Shown in pieces: positions 39,966-51,176 of a DNA stretch of 64,000 nt (position 1 is its first letter; every line of letters starts with the position of its first letter). The position numbers were made by a program, and so were the translations under genes. This DNA is from an uncultured delta proteobacterium (GTDB lineage: Bacteria; Myxococcota_A; Polyangia; Palsa-1104). Below the pieces are notes generated by a model that searched no databases, was not told where the DNA came from, and was given only the letters and a program-made list of their open reading frames with translations. The stretch is from assembly GCA_963785725.1 (NCBI GenBank), contig CAWAWS010000015.1, forward strand, positions 382,794 to 446,793, read 5' to 3'.

Positions 39966-42677
39966 ATGCCTCGCCTCTGCGCCGTCGTCGTCCTGTTGAC
40001 GACGATGGCCGCGGCCGCTTCCGAGCTGCCGCGCTACGACATCTCCGTTCGCGTCGACGCCGAGGCGCGTCAGGTGAGCGGCCACGCGCGCATCGTCGTC
40101 ACCAACGGCAGCGCCGCGCCGGCGCACGAGATCACGCTGTGGCGCTTTCCCGAGCGCTTCGCCACGCGCTCCAAAGCGTTGAACGACTACAACTTCTATT
40201 GGGTCTATCCGACGCGCTTCAACGCCGGGCACATGCGCACCGGGCCCGTCGTCGTCGACGGTCGCGCGGCCAGCGTCGAGGTGCGCGACCATCCGCGCGC
40301 CGGGCCGGGCACGCTGCTGGCCGTCGCGCTCGACCCGCCGCTGGCGCCGGGCGCGCAGGTGACGATCGACGTCGACTTCAGCGACGACGTGCCCGAGCGC
40401 TACGGCGGCTTCGGCTGCGTCGGCGGCGACTGCACCTTGGTCGGCTTTTACCCGATGGTGCGCGAGCCCGGCCAGCCCGACGACGGCCAGCCCGGCCGCG
40501 GCGACTACCGCGTCACCGTCGCCAGCGCGCACACCGCCGACGTCACCGTCAACGGCGAGCTGCGCGCCATCACGCCGCGCGTCGGCGCCACCGAATATCG
40601 CGTCGGCCCGACGCCCGGCTTGACGCTCACCGTCGGCCGCCCGGCCTTGCGCCGCTACGAGCGCGTGCAGCGCGGCGTGCGCATCACGCTTTTGGCGCCG
40701 CATTCGCGCGGCGTGCCGTCGCCGTCGGAGTCGGTGCTGCCGTATCAGCCGGCCAACCGCATCGATCGCGTGCTCGATACGGCGGCCGAGGCGATCGACC
40801 TCTTGAGCGAGTGGGGCGTCCAGTTTCAGCCCGACGAAGAGTTACGCATCGTCGAAGGCAAGCTGCGCATTCAGCTGGCGCAGGCGCTGCCCGGCGTCGT
40901 GTTCGTGAGCGATCAGATCTTCGACATCTTCCCGCTCGCGCGCTTCTTGAAGTTTCACGAGTTCGAGCTGGCGCGCGCCATCTTCGAATCCTTACTGGCG
41001 CATCGCATTTATCGCAACGAGCGCAGCGACGACCTCGGCTGGACGCCGGGCGCGGGCGCGGCGCACCTCGTCGACTTGTACACGCTGCGCTCGTATCGCA
41101 AGGCGGAGTTCGCGCGCGAGATCCTCGCGTGGGCCAGCTTCATCCCGGCGATCGATCGCGTCATGTATGCGCCGCAAGTGCCGTTCGCGTCCTCGTACTT
41201 CTACACGCTCGAAGATCCCGATCCGCTGCGCGATTCGCTCATGCAGTTCGACAACGCGCGACCGACCGGCAAGACGCTGCACTCGAAGCTGACCGACCTC
41301 TTCGGCGCCAAAGTCGTCGACGACCTCACGCACGTGCAGGTCGGCGGCGGCTCCTTGCGCGCGGCCGCCGAGAACGCGCAGCACGGCTCGCTCGACTGGT
41401 TCTGGCGGCAGTGGCTCGGGCCTTATCCGTTCGTCGATTATCGCTTCACCGAGGTGAAGTCACAGCATCTCGGCAAAGGGCGCTGGCGGCATGTCGCGCA
41501 CGTCATCAAGCGCGGCGAGCATGCGCCGGTCGAGCCGGTCGAAGTGCGCGTCGAGTCGGGCGGCCGCTCGCTGACCGAGACGTGGGACGGCATCGGCGAC
41601 GGTCACGACTTCGTCTTCGACACGACGGGCCCGATCTCCTACATCGCCATCGATCCGCGCGGCCGGCTCGTCGAGGAGTTGCCGGGCGACAACAACGATC
41701 TCAAGTTCGACGATCGGCGGCCGCCGCGCTGGAAGTTCATCTACAACAACTTCGGCGGCCTCGTGTACTTCTTCCCGACGCTGGGCATCGATCTGTCGCT
41801 CGATTTTTCGCTGGCGCCCATCCTCGATCTCAAGAACAGCTTTCGCTTCGTCGTCTATCGCTCGCAGGCGACGCAAGCGGGCGTGCAAGCGTCGTATACG
41901 CGCTCGTACGGCAAGAAAGTGACGCAGGCGCATCTGACGTCGGCGTTCACCTGGACGGTCGGCGGCGCGCGCTTGGATCCGTCGTTCGCCGAAGCCGTCG
42001 GCGCCAAGAGCAATCCGGGCACGTCGGTGTCGGCGTCGATGGCGTGGAATTACGACGATCGCCTGTTCATCTGGGAGCCGGCGCGCGCGCTGTCGTTGGG
42101 CGCATCGGTGGGCGTCGTCGAGACCGTGCTCGACGACGGCGTCGTGCTCTCGCAGGCGACGGTCGCCGCCGGCTGGGAATCGATCGTGCCCATCGCCGAC
42201 GGGCACGGCCTGGCGTTCACCGTCAACGGCGCGGCCACGTTCGGCGACCTGAAAATAGCGCGGCAGATGTTGTCGGCCGGCGGCGGCACGGCCTTGCGCG
42301 GCTACGACGTGGCCGGCGAGCTCGGCCGCTGGAACGTGTTCGGCCGTGCCGAGTGGCGCCACAACTACACCCACGCGCTCAACTGGAACTTGATGCACTC
42401 GATCTACGTGCGCGGCATCGGCGGCGGCCTGTTCGCGGAGGCGGGCATCGTCAGCCCGTGCGAGAGCTACACGCCCAACGCGCACAGCGCCGCCGCCGAC
42501 GTCGGCTACACCATTCGCGTGTTCGCCGATTGGTTCGGCGTGTCGCAGACGACGCTCAACATCGATCTCGCCGTGCCGCTCGTCAGCAACAGCACGCGCG
42601 GCTGCTTCGGACCGATCGCCGGCGAGAAGAACCGCGTCCCGTTCGGCTTCTTCTTGAGCTTCGGCCCGCCATGGTAG
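39966..42677 (+). CDS. Secreted M1-aminopeptidase-like domain (no HEXXH) fused to an Omp85/BamA-like beta-barrel
   Basis: Signal peptide; YDISVRVD...VSGHARI..TN and LAPGAQVTIDVDF (M1 N-domain); LDWFWRQW; IDPRG; C-terminal LRGY, AEWR, GGLFAEAG, IDLAVPL, FFLSFG. Confidence 0.72.
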   Translation: MPRLCAVVVLLTTMAAAASELPRYDISVRVDAEARQVSGHARIVVTNGSAAPAHEITLWRFPERFATRSKALNDYNFYWVYPTRFNAGHMRTGPVVVDGRAASVEVRDHPRAGPGTLLAVALDPPLAPGAQVTIDVDFSDDVPERYGGFGCVGGDCTLVGFYPMVREPGQPDDGQPGRGDYRVTVASAHTADVTVNGELRAITPRVGATEYRVGPTPGLTLTVGRPALRRYERVQRGVRITLLAPHSRGVPSPSESVLPYQPANRIDRVLDTAAEAIDLLSEWGVQFQPDEELRIVEGKLRIQLAQALPGVVFVSDQIFDIFPLARFLKFHEFELARAIFESLLAHRIYRNERSDDLGWTPGAGAAHLVDLYTLRSYRKAEFAREILAWASFIPAIDRVMYAPQVPFASSYFYTLEDPDPLRDSLMQFDNARPTGKTLHSKLTDLFGAKVVDDLTHVQVGGGSLRAAAENAQHGSLDWFWRQWLGPYPFVDYRFTEVKSQHLGKGRWRHVAHVIKRGEHAPVEPVEVRVESGGRSLTETWDGIGDGHDFVFDTTGPISYIAIDPRGRLVEELPGDNNDLKFDDRRPPRWKFIYNNFGGLVYFFPTLGIDLSLDFSLAPILDLKNSFRFVVYRSQATQAGVQASYTRSYGKKVTQAHLTSAFTWTVGGARLDPSFAEAVGAKSNPGTSVSASMAWNYDDRLFIWEPARALSLGASVGVVETVLDDGVVLSQATVAAGWESIVPIADGHGLAFTVNGAATFGDLKIARQMLSAGGGTALRGYDVAGELGRWNVFGRAEWRHNYTHALNWNLMHSIYVRGIGGGLFAEAGIVSPCESYTPNAHSAAADVGYTIRVFADWFGVSQTTLNIDLAVPLVSNSTRGCFGPIAGEKNRVPFGFFLSFGPPW

Positions 42678-42709
42678 CGGGTGACGGTTTGGTGATATTG
42701 TAAGCGGCG

Positions 42710-43216
42710 ATGAGCGCCTTTTCGCCGACGCAAGCGGTCCGCCTGTTGGCGGAATTGGTGGAGCTCGATCGTCAAGTGCGCTCGCGGCGGCAGTCGCTGA
42801 CGCTGCAGCAGAAGCAGCGGCGCATGCAGATCGCGCAGGATTTGAGCCGCTTCGCGCTCGAGCGGCAGCGCGCCGGCTGGCTCGGCGGCGGCGAGCAGCG
42901 TCGTGAGCCGCGCGCCAATGTGCGGCTGCGCGTGCAGCTCGTCGGCGGGCCGCATCCGCTCGAGCTGCAGTCGGATTCGCTGGCCGTCGGTGGCATGAGC
43001 TTGACGTTGGGCTTCGCGTCGCGGCTCAACGACATCTTGCATCTGCGCATGGTGCCGGCGCCGCCCGACGAGCCGGTGGAGATCGAAGCCGAGATCATTT
43101 GGATCAACGCCGCGCGGCAGCGGGTGGGCGTGCGCTTCATCGACCTGCCGGAGGAGGGGCGCGAAATGATCGAGCGCCTCATCTTCTCCGATCTCGTCGG
43201 CTCGGGCGCAGTCTAG
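42710..43216 (+). CDS. PilZ domain protein with N-terminal helical extension
   Basis: QRREPR, SLAVGGM, AEIIW...VGVRF. Confidence 0.85.
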   Translation: MSAFSPTQAVRLLAELVELDRQVRSRRQSLTLQQKQRRMQIAQDLSRFALERQRAGWLGGGEQRREPRANVRLRVQLVGGPHPLELQSDSLAVGGMSLTLGFASRLNDILHLRMVPAPPDEPVEIEAEIIWINAARQRVGVRFIDLPEEGREMIERLIFSDLVGSGAV

Positions 43217-43232
43217 TCAGCGAGGGCGAAGC

Positions 43233-43262
43233 CCGGCGAGCGGCTCGAGGCGCGCTCGCCGG
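43233..43262. terminator. GC-rich hairpin (REP-like or terminator) between convergent genes
   Basis: CCGGCGAGCG...CGCTCGCCGG inverted repeat. Confidence 0.45.
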
Positions 43263-43273
43263 CTCGGGTGGCG

Positions 43274-44752
43274 CTAGTAATTGACGGGCGGGACGAGGCA
43301 GGTGCCGCCGCTGTTGAACGTCGGGCAGCTGCCGGGATCGCTGCCGATGCCGGCCTGGAAGCCGATCCACTTGTTGACGTAGTCGGAGTCGGCGCGCACG
43401 AGGCTGTTGTGCGTGGCCGTCTGATCGTAGCAGTAGCGCACGAGCGACGCGCCGACCTCGGTCGTGGCCGTGTCGTGAACGCACTGCGCCAGCGACGGCT
43501 TCAAGAACGTGTCGAGCGCGCCGAACCAGACGAGCATGGGCGCGCCGGCGGGATCGAGCGGCGGGCGATCGGCCTTCCAGCGCGACAGCCACAGCGTGCT
43601 GGCCGGGCTCGAGCAGTCGCCGGCGCCGTCGGCGCAGTTGACGCCGACGTCGCTGACGAAGCTCGCGTTGTAGATGTCGGACGAGCTCGTGCCGAGCATC
43701 GCCAAGCCGGCCGAGTCGTAGCAGGCGCCGCCGACGAGGACCTGCTTGGCGGCGGCGGGCATGGCGAAGTTGTCGGTGCCGTGGCCCGGTCCGTCGAGCA
43801 GCTCACCGACCGAGTAGAAGTACATCATCGAGTACAAGATCTCGGCGACGTCGTCGGTGGTGTTGGCGTTGGCGAAGGAGGTGGCGATGGCGGCCCAGAT
43901 GCCCATCGTCGGCCAGAACGGCGCGTAGGTGGCGATGCCGACGAGCGAGCCCTGCAAGCCGTATTTGCTGCTGTCGGCGTAGACCTGCGCGGCGAACGCG
44001 GCGTGACCGCCTTGCGAGTGGCCGACGATGGCGACCTTGTCGAACTTGGTCGTCAGCACGTTGTTGGCGGCGCGCGTGGCGTCGAGCACGGCGTGGGCTT
44101 CGTCGGCGGCCGAGAAGTAGCCCGGCGGCTGCCCGTACGCGAAGCCCGGATAGTCGGGCATGATGACGGTGTAGCCGTAGCCGGCGAGCGCGTAGAGATT
44201 CACCGGGAAGTCGTGCTGATCGGCGGCGGCCGGCAGCTTCGACAGGTCGGTGAGCGACGGCATGCAGCCGGCCGTGGTGCCGGGTGAGATGCCGACCGAG
44301 CCGTGCGCGAAGACGACGAGCGGCGCGCCCGGCAGCGGCTTGTCGGGAATCAGCAGCACCGCCGGCGTGTCGCCTTCGACGGGCGCGGTCGCGGTCGCCG
44401 GCGCCGCGCGCTCGGTGCGATAGGCGATGCGCCAGGTCCAGAAGCCCGACGGCAGCTCCGGTCCCGTGTACTGATAGCCTTTGGCGAGCGTGTTGACCTC
44501 GGCGGCGCTGACGGATTCGGACACGTTGCAGTGGAAGACGTCGCCGCGATTGGCGCTCGTATACGGCGCCAGCGTCGGCAACGTGTACAAGTCGCTGGCG
44601 CTGTCGGTGCACGCGACGGCGAGCGCCGGTGCCGGGCCGAGGCCGGTCGACATATCGGGTGGCGCGACGGCGGCGTCTTGGCCGCCCTTGTTACCGCTGC
44701 CGCCGCATCCCACTACGCTGACTGATAATAGAAGGCAGGTTAGGGATTTCAT
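43274..44752 (-). CDS. Secretory lipase-family alpha/beta hydrolase lipoprotein
   Basis: Lipobox VVGC; HGSVG, PDYPG, AVLDATRAA, nucleophile motif GHSQGG. Confidence 0.88.
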   Translation of the reverse strand: MKSLTCLLLSVSVVGCGGSGNKGGQDAAVAPPDMSTGLGPAPALAVACTDSASDLYTLPTLAPYTSANRGDVFHCNVSESVSAAEVNTLAKGYQYTGPELPSGFWTWRIAYRTERAAPATATAPVEGDTPAVLLIPDKPLPGAPLVVFAHGSVGISPGTTAGCMPSLTDLSKLPAAADQHDFPVNLYALAGYGYTVIMPDYPGFAYGQPPGYFSAADEAHAVLDATRAANNVLTTKFDKVAIVGHSQGGHAAFAAQVYADSSKYGLQGSLVGIATYAPFWPTMGIWAAIATSFANANTTDDVAEILYSMMYFYSVGELLDGPGHGTDNFAMPAAAKQVLVGGACYDSAGLAMLGTSSSDIYNASFVSDVGVNCADGAGDCSSPASTLWLSRWKADRPPLDPAGAPMLVWFGALDTFLKPSLAQCVHDTATTEVGASLVRYCYDQTATHNSLVRADSDYVNKWIGFQAGIGSDPGSCPTFNSGGTCLVPPVNY

Positions 44753-44824
44753 CCCGCCACTATATACCCGGCAGCGTGTCGAGAGAATGTTGCGTGACTT
44801 ATTTTTGCGTGACGCGGTCCGTCG

Positions 44825-46130
44825 TCAGGGCTCGATTTTGCCCATCAAACGCGGGAACGGGATGGTCTCGCGCACGTGGTGCAGGCCGCAGATCCACGGC
44901 ACCGTGCGCTCGATGCCGAGGCCGAAGCCGGCGTGCGGCACCGAGCCGTAGCGGCGCAGGTCGAGGTACCACTCGAAGGCTTCGCGCGGCAGCTTGTGCT
45001 CCTCGATGCGCTGCTCGAGCTCCTTCGAGATCGTCCTCGCGCTGCCCGCCGCCGATGATCTCGCCGTAGCCCTCGGGCGCGAGCACGTCGACGCCGAGCG
45101 CGACGCGCGGGTCTTGCGGATCGCGTTTCAAGTAGAACGCCTTGATGTCGGCCGGGTAGCGGTGGACCATGACCGGCCGATCGAACTCCTCGGAGATCAC
45201 CGTCTCTTCGTCGCCGCCGAAGTCGTCGCCGAACTTCGCGTCCTTGCCTTTCTTGTGCAGGATCTCGATCGCTTCGTCGTAACTGATGCGCGGGAACGGC
45301 TTCTGCATCGTTCTCGAGCTTGCGAGATGTCGCGCTCGAGGACTTCCAGCTCGGCGCGGCGATTGGCGAGCACGCGCTCTGACGACGTCGACGAGGAAGT
45401 CCTCGGCGAGGTCCATGTCGCCGTCGAGATCCATGAACGCGACCTCGGGCTCGACCATCCAGAACTCGGTCAGGTGGCGGCGCGTCTTGCGACTTCTCGG
45501 CGCGGAAGGTCGGGCCGAAGCGTAGATCCTTGCCGAGCGCCATCGCGCCGGCTTCGCCGTAGAGCTGGCCCGACTGCGTGAGGTAGGCCTTGCTCGTCGA
45601 AGTAGTCGACCTCGAAGAGGTTGCTCGTGCCCTCGCAGGCGTTGGGCGTGAAGATCGGCGCGTCGACGAGCGTGAAGCCGCGCGTGTCGAAGTAGTCGCG
45701 GATCGCCTTGATGATCGTCGTGGCGGACGCGCAGGATCGCGTGCTGCCGCTTCGAGCGCAGCCACAGGTGGCGGTGGTCCATCAGGAAGGCGGTGCCGTG
45801 CTCCTTCGGCGAGATCGGGAAGTCGGCCGTCGGCAAGGCGACGATCTGCAGCTCTTTGACGCCGAGCTCGACGCCGAGCGCCGAGCGCTTGTCCTCGCGC
45901 ACCGTGCCGGTGACGATGATCGACGTCTCCTGCTTGAGCTTGCCGACGTCGGCGAAGGTGGCCTCGGAGACCTCGGCTTTGCTGACGACCGCCTGCACGA
46001 TGCCGCTGCCGTCGCGGACGTGCAGGAAGTGGAGCTTGCCCTTGCCCGACATGTGATAGAGCCAGCCTTTGAGGGTGACCTCTTGGCCGACGAACTTGTG
46101 GAGATCCTCGACGTAGACGTGTTGCGCCAT
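44825..46130 (-). CDS. asnS: Asparagine--tRNA ligase, broken by several apparent sequencing frameshifts (~45020-45725)
   Basis: OB-fold [66 protein letters not shown] and RETIPFPR, spread over three frames. Confidence 0.95.
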
Positions 46131-46198
46131 CCGGGGTCGATAGCTCGACCCCGACGTGAAGTCAATTCGCCCGTCGCCGTGCTATACCAATGCCCGCC

Positions 46199-48749
46199 AT
46201 GAGCGACGAGAACGTCGAGAATAAAGTCACGAAGCAGGAACCGCTGGACGACAAGTACGATCCGCGCGCCGTCGAGCCCAAGTGGCAGGAGACGTGGAAG
46301 CGGGCCGAGACGTTCCGTGCCAAGCGCGACCCGTCGAAGCCCAAGTTCTTCGTGATGGAGATGTTCCCCTATCCGTCGGGGCGACTCCACATGGGCCACG
46401 TGCGCAACTACACGATCGGCGACGTCATCGCGCGCGTCCGGCGCATGCAAGGCTTTGCCGTGCTCTATCCGATGGGCTGGGACGCCTTCGGCTTGCCGGC
46501 GGAGAACGCCGCCATCAAGGCCGGCGTGCATCCGCGCAGCTGGACGCTGCAGAACATCGGCCACATGCGCGAGCAGTTCCTGCTTGCTCGGCCTGTCCTA
46601 CGACTGGACGCGCGAAGTCACCAGCTGCGAGCCCGAATACTTCGTGCACGAGCAGCGCATCTTCATCGAGATGTGGAAGCGCGGCTTGGCCTATCGCAAA
46701 TCGGCGACGGTCAACTGGTGTCCGAAGGATCAGACGGTGCTGGCCAACGAGCAGGTCGAAGACGGCCTGTGCTGGCGCTGTCGCTCGGTCGTGCAGCAGC
46801 GCGAGCTCGAGCAGTGGTTCCTAAAAGTAACCGAGTATGCGGATCGGCTGTTGGCGGACGCGAGCACCATCAAGTGGCCGGACAAGATCTTGCGCATGCA
46901 GGAGAATTGGATCGGCCGCTCGGAAGGCGCGCGCATCGAGTTTCCGCTCATGGATGGGCCGATCGCCTCGAACGAGACGGTCGACGTGTTCACGACGCGG
47001 CCCGACACGCTCTTCGGCGCCACGTTCATGTCCATCGCGCCCGAGCATCCGCTGATGCAGCGCGCGTCCGACGAAGCCAAGACCTTCGCGGCGCAGGTGG
47101 CCAAAGACGACAAGATCAAGCGCACGTCCGAGGACTACGTGAAGCTGGGCGTCGACACCGGGCTGCGCGTGCAGAACCCGATGACGCTGCAGCAGATTCC
47201 GGTCTGGGTGGCCAACTTCGTGCTCATGGATTACGGCACGGGCGCGGTCATGGCCGTGCCCGCGCACGACCAGCGCGACTTCGAGTTCGCGACGAAATAC
47301 GGGCTGAACAAGGTGGTCGTCATTCAGCCCGAGGGCGAGCCGCTCGACGCCGACACGCTGGAGGCGGCCTACGCCGGCGCCGGCAAGCTCGTGGGCTCGG
47401 CCGAGTTCGACGGCCTCGACAACGAGACGGCGAAGGCCAAGATCACGGCCAAAGCGGGCGAGGCGACGGTCTCGTATCGGCTGCGCGACTGGCTCTTGTC
47501 GCGGCAGCGCTATTGGGGCTGCCCGATTCCGATGGTCAAGTGCGAGACGCACGGCTACCAGCCGGTGCCCGCGAGCGAGCTGCCGGTGCGGCTGCCCGAC
47601 GACGTCACGCTCGCCGAAGGCGGCCGCTCGCCGCTGGCGACGCATCCGACGTGGTCGCAGACGACGTGCCCCGAGTGCGGCGGTCCGGCCAAGCGCGAGA
47701 CCGACACGATGGACGGCTTCATGGAGTCGTCCTGGTACTTCTTGCGCTACTGCTCGCCGCACACCGCCGACTGGCTCGACAAGGACGAAGTCGACTACTG
47801 GATGCCCGTCGACCAATACATCGGCGGCGCCGAGCACGCGACGAAGCACCTGATCTACGCGCGCTTCTTCACGAAGATGCTGCGCGATTGGGGCTGGATC
47901 AACGAGAAGATCAACGAGCCGTTCGCGCGCCTGTTGACGCAGGGAATGGTCGTCAAAGAGACCTATCGTTGCCCCGAGCACGACTGGCTGTATACGGAAG
48001 AGGTCAAGGACGGCCACTGCGTTCACTGCGGACGGCCGGTCGTCGTCGGACGCACCGAGAAGATGTCGAAGACGCTGCGCAACACCGTCGAGCCGCTGCC
48101 GCTCATCGAGAAATATGGCGCCGATACGGTGCGCGTCTTCTCGCTGTTCGCCGCGCCGCCGGAGTCGATGCTCGAGTGGAGCGACGCCGGCGTCGAAGGC
48201 GCGTGGCGCTTCTTGAACCGCGTCAATCGCGTCGTCGAGAAGTATGTCGCCAGCGGCTTCGCCGAAGTAGCCGATGAGGCGCTGCGGCAAAAGACGCACG
48301 ACACCATTCGCCGCGTCACCGACGACATCGGGCGCTTTCACTTCAACACGGCGATCGCGGCGATCATGGAGCTGGTGAACGCGATTTATGCGGCAAAGGC
48401 GGTCGATCGCGAAGCCGTCGAGTCGGTCGTCCGGCTGCTCGCGCCGATGGCGCCGCACCTGTCCGAAGAGCTGTGGTCGCGGCTCGGGCATCACGAATCC
48501 GAGATGCTGGCGACGCACGCCTGGCCGACGTTCGACCCGAGCGTGGCGGCGTTGAAGCGCATCCCGTATCCGGTGCAGGTCAACGGCAAGCTGCGCGGGC
48601 AGCTGGAAGCGGCGCCGGACGAGACGCAGGCGACGATCGAGCCGGCGGCGCGCGCGTTGGCGAGCGTCAAGCCCTGGCTCGACGGCAAAGAGGTGGTCAA
48701 AGTCGTCTTCGTGCCCGGCCGGCTCATCAGCTTCGTCGTCAAAGGCTGA
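46199..48749 (+). CDS. leuS: Leucine--tRNA ligase; one apparent frameshift at ~46583
   Basis: [13 protein letters not shown] (HIGH), [13 protein letters not shown], then [39 protein letters not shown]. Confidence 0.97.
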
Positions 48750-48790
48750 AACCCCTTGCGCTGAACCTTTGTTCAGCTCATAACGACGGG

Positions 48791-49831
48791 GTGGCGCTGC
48801 AACCGGTCTCCAATCCGCCCAACCCGTGGCTGTCGAGCGCGGTCGAATACCTCGACACCGACGGTGAGCCGCCGCCGCTGGCGCGGCTCGAGGTCTACGA
48901 AGACCACACGCGCAGCATCCTGGCGTCGAACGACTCGCCCGACATCGGCTTCGACTACTCGATCAACCCTTATCGCGGCTGCATGCATGGGTGCGCCTAC
49001 TGTTACGCGCGTCCCGGCCACGAATATTTGAGCTTCGGCGCCGGCACCGACTTCGACCGCAAGATCGTCGTCAAGCCGAAGGCGCCGGAGCTGTTGCGCG
49101 AGGCGTTCGACAAGCCGTCTTGGGCGGGCGCGCTCATCGTGTTCTCCGGCGTCACCGACTGTTATCAGCCGCTCGAGGCGCACTATCGCGTCACCCGCGG
49201 CTGCTTGCAGGTGTGCGCCGAGTATCGCAATCCCGTCGGCATCATCACGAAGGCGCCCTTGATCGAGCGCGACATCGACGTCTTGCAGGAGCTGGCGAAG
49301 GTGGCGCGCGTGGGCGTGACCATCTCGGTGCCGCTGTGGGATCCCGACAAGGCGCGGGCGATGGAGCCGTTCGTCGCGTCGCCGCTGCGGCGCATGAAGA
49401 CGATCGCGAAGTTGGCGGCCGCTGGCCTCGACGTCGGCGTCAACGTGGCGCCGATGATTCCCGGGCTCGGCGACGAGGACATCGCCGAGGTGCTGACGGC
49501 GGCGGCGGCGAGCGGCGCGACCCGAGCGGGGTTCGTGTTCTTGCGGCTGCCCGGTCCGGTGGCGGCGGTGTTTCAAGAGCGCGTGCGCGCAGCCTTGCCG
49601 TTCCGGGCAGAGCGCATCTTGTCGCGGGTGCGCGAGGCGCGCGGCGGCAAGCTGTACGACTCGACGTTCGGCAAGCGGCAACAGGGCGAAGGCGAGTATG
49701 CGGCGGCGGCCAAGGCGCTGTTCGACCAGACGTGCAAGCGGCTCGGGCTCAACAGCGGCGCGATGTGGTCGCAGCCGGCGGATACCTTTCGGCGGCCGCC
49801 GCGCGCCGGCGATCAACTCACGCTGTTGTAG
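48791..49831 (+). CDS. Radical SAM protein, PA0069/Rv2578c (SplB-related) family
   Basis: NDSPDIGFDYSINPYRGCMHGCAYCYAR, TDCYQPLE; GTG start at 48791. Confidence 0.92.
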   Translation: MALQPVSNPPNPWLSSAVEYLDTDGEPPPLARLEVYEDHTRSILASNDSPDIGFDYSINPYRGCMHGCAYCYARPGHEYLSFGAGTDFDRKIVVKPKAPELLREAFDKPSWAGALIVFSGVTDCYQPLEAHYRVTRGCLQVCAEYRNPVGIITKAPLIERDIDVLQELAKVARVGVTISVPLWDPDKARAMEPFVASPLRRMKTIAKLAAAGLDVGVNVAPMIPGLGDEDIAEVLTAAAASGATRAGFVFLRLPGPVAAVFQERVRAALPFRAERILSRVREARGGKLYDSTFGKRQQGEGEYAAAAKALFDQTCKRLGLNSGAMWSQPADTFRRPPRAGDQLTLL

Positions 49832-49958
49832 CGAAACGACGGCGCACGCTGCACATCGATGATCTGGCGCCGCATGACGAGACCTGCGGCGACGGTCCGC
49901 CGCTCGTGTTGCTGCTTGGACGCGGGCGTCGATTGGGCGCCGTTGGCGGCGTGATGCT

Positions 49959-51176
49959 TCAGGCGACGCGGGCGTGGTCGCGACGGATGATGCGGCCGCC
50001 GATGACGACGTCGGCGGCGAGCGTGGCGCCGAGATGCTGCGGCACTTGGCGGTGGTCATCGGCGTCCCAAATGACGAGGTCGCCGCGCGCGCCGGCGACG
50101 AGCCGGCCGGCGTCGCGGCGACCGACCGCCTGCGCCGCCGCGCGTGTCACGCCGCGCCAGGCTTGCGCCGCCGTCAGCCCCATCTGCGTGCAGGCGAGCG
50201 ACATCATGAGCGGCTGCGACTCCGACAGCGACGAGCCGGGATTGCAGTCGGTGCCGAGCGCCACGATACAGCCGGCGGCGTACAGCTTGCCCGCGTCCGG
50301 CCACGGCAGCCGCAACGTCAACGCGGCGCCCGGCAAGAGGTTGCACACGACGCCCGCGGCCGCGAGCTTGGCCGGCGCGCCGTCGCTCAGCTGCTCCAAG
50401 TGCTCGACCGATGCGGCGCCCAGCTCCGCGGCCAGCTCGGCGGCGCCGGTGTGCGTGAACTGCTCGGCGTGCACGCGCAGTCGCTTGCCGGCGCGCTTGG
50501 CCGCCTCCAAGATCTGCCGCGTCTCGGCCAGCGTGAAGGCGCCGGCGTCGCAGTAGACGTCGACCGCTTCGGCGTCGGCGGCGATCGGAATCAGCGTCTC
50601 GCAAAAGCCGCGCACGTAGTCGTCGCGATCGCCGTCGAGCGGCGGCACGTGCGCGAGCAGCGTCGGCGAGAGGTCGATCGGATGGCGCGGTCGTAGTCCG
50701 GCCGTCGTCTCGACGAGGCGCCGTTCGCCGTCGAGCGTCAGGTCGTAGCCGGTCTTGGCCTCGACGACGGTGACGCCGTGGCTGGCGAAACGATCGAGCC
50801 GCGCCAGCGCCGCCGACTGCAGCTCGTCGATGGACGCCGCGCGCGTCGCCGTCACCGTCGCGAGAATGCCGCCGCCCGCCGCTTGAATCTCGAGGTACGA
50901 CTTGCCTTGGTTGCGCAGGTCGAACTCGTGCGCGCGCGAGCCGGCGAACACGAGGTGCGTATGCGGATCGACGAGGCCCGGCGTCACCAAGCGACCGCGC
51001 GCGTCGAGCCGCGGCAGATCGTCGAGACCGCCCGGCAGCGCGCGCGCGGCGCCGGCGAAGACGACGCGCCCGTCGCGAACGACGACGGCCGCGTCGTGTA
51101 CGAGGCCGAGCTCGTCAGGGTCGTCGCTGTCACAGGTGACGAGCTCGCCGATGCCGGTGACGACGAGGTCATTCAT
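49959..51176 (-). CDS. hutI: Imidazolonepropionase
   Basis: [44 protein letters not shown]. Confidence 0.96.
   Translation of the reverse strand: MNDLVVTGIGELVTCDSDDPDELGLVHDAAVVVRDGRVVFAGAARALPGGLDDLPRLDARGRLVTPGLVDPHTHLVFAGSRAHEFDLRNQGKSYLEIQAAGGGILATVTATRAASIDELQSAALARLDRFASHGVTVVEAKTGYDLTLDGERRLVETTAGLRPRHPIDLSPTLLAHVPPLDGDRDDYVRGFCETLIPIAADAEAVDVYCDAGAFTLAETRQILEAAKRAGKRLRVHAEQFTHTGAAELAAELGAASVEHLEQLSDGAPAKLAAAGVVCNLLPGAALTLRLPWPDAGKLYAAGCIVALGTDCNPGSSLSESQPLMMSLACTQMGLTAAQAWRGVTRAAAQAVGRRDAGRLVAGARGDLVIWDADDHRQVPQHLGATLAADVVIGGRIIRRDHARVA

Noticed and set aside
44825..48749. asnS and leuS as pseudogenes or programmed frameshifts
   Set aside because: Core translation genes with intact motifs across single-base indels and no slippery heptamers. 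Similar indels occur in pgk, the kinase-STAND gene and the monooxygenase, so long-read error is the simpler explanation.
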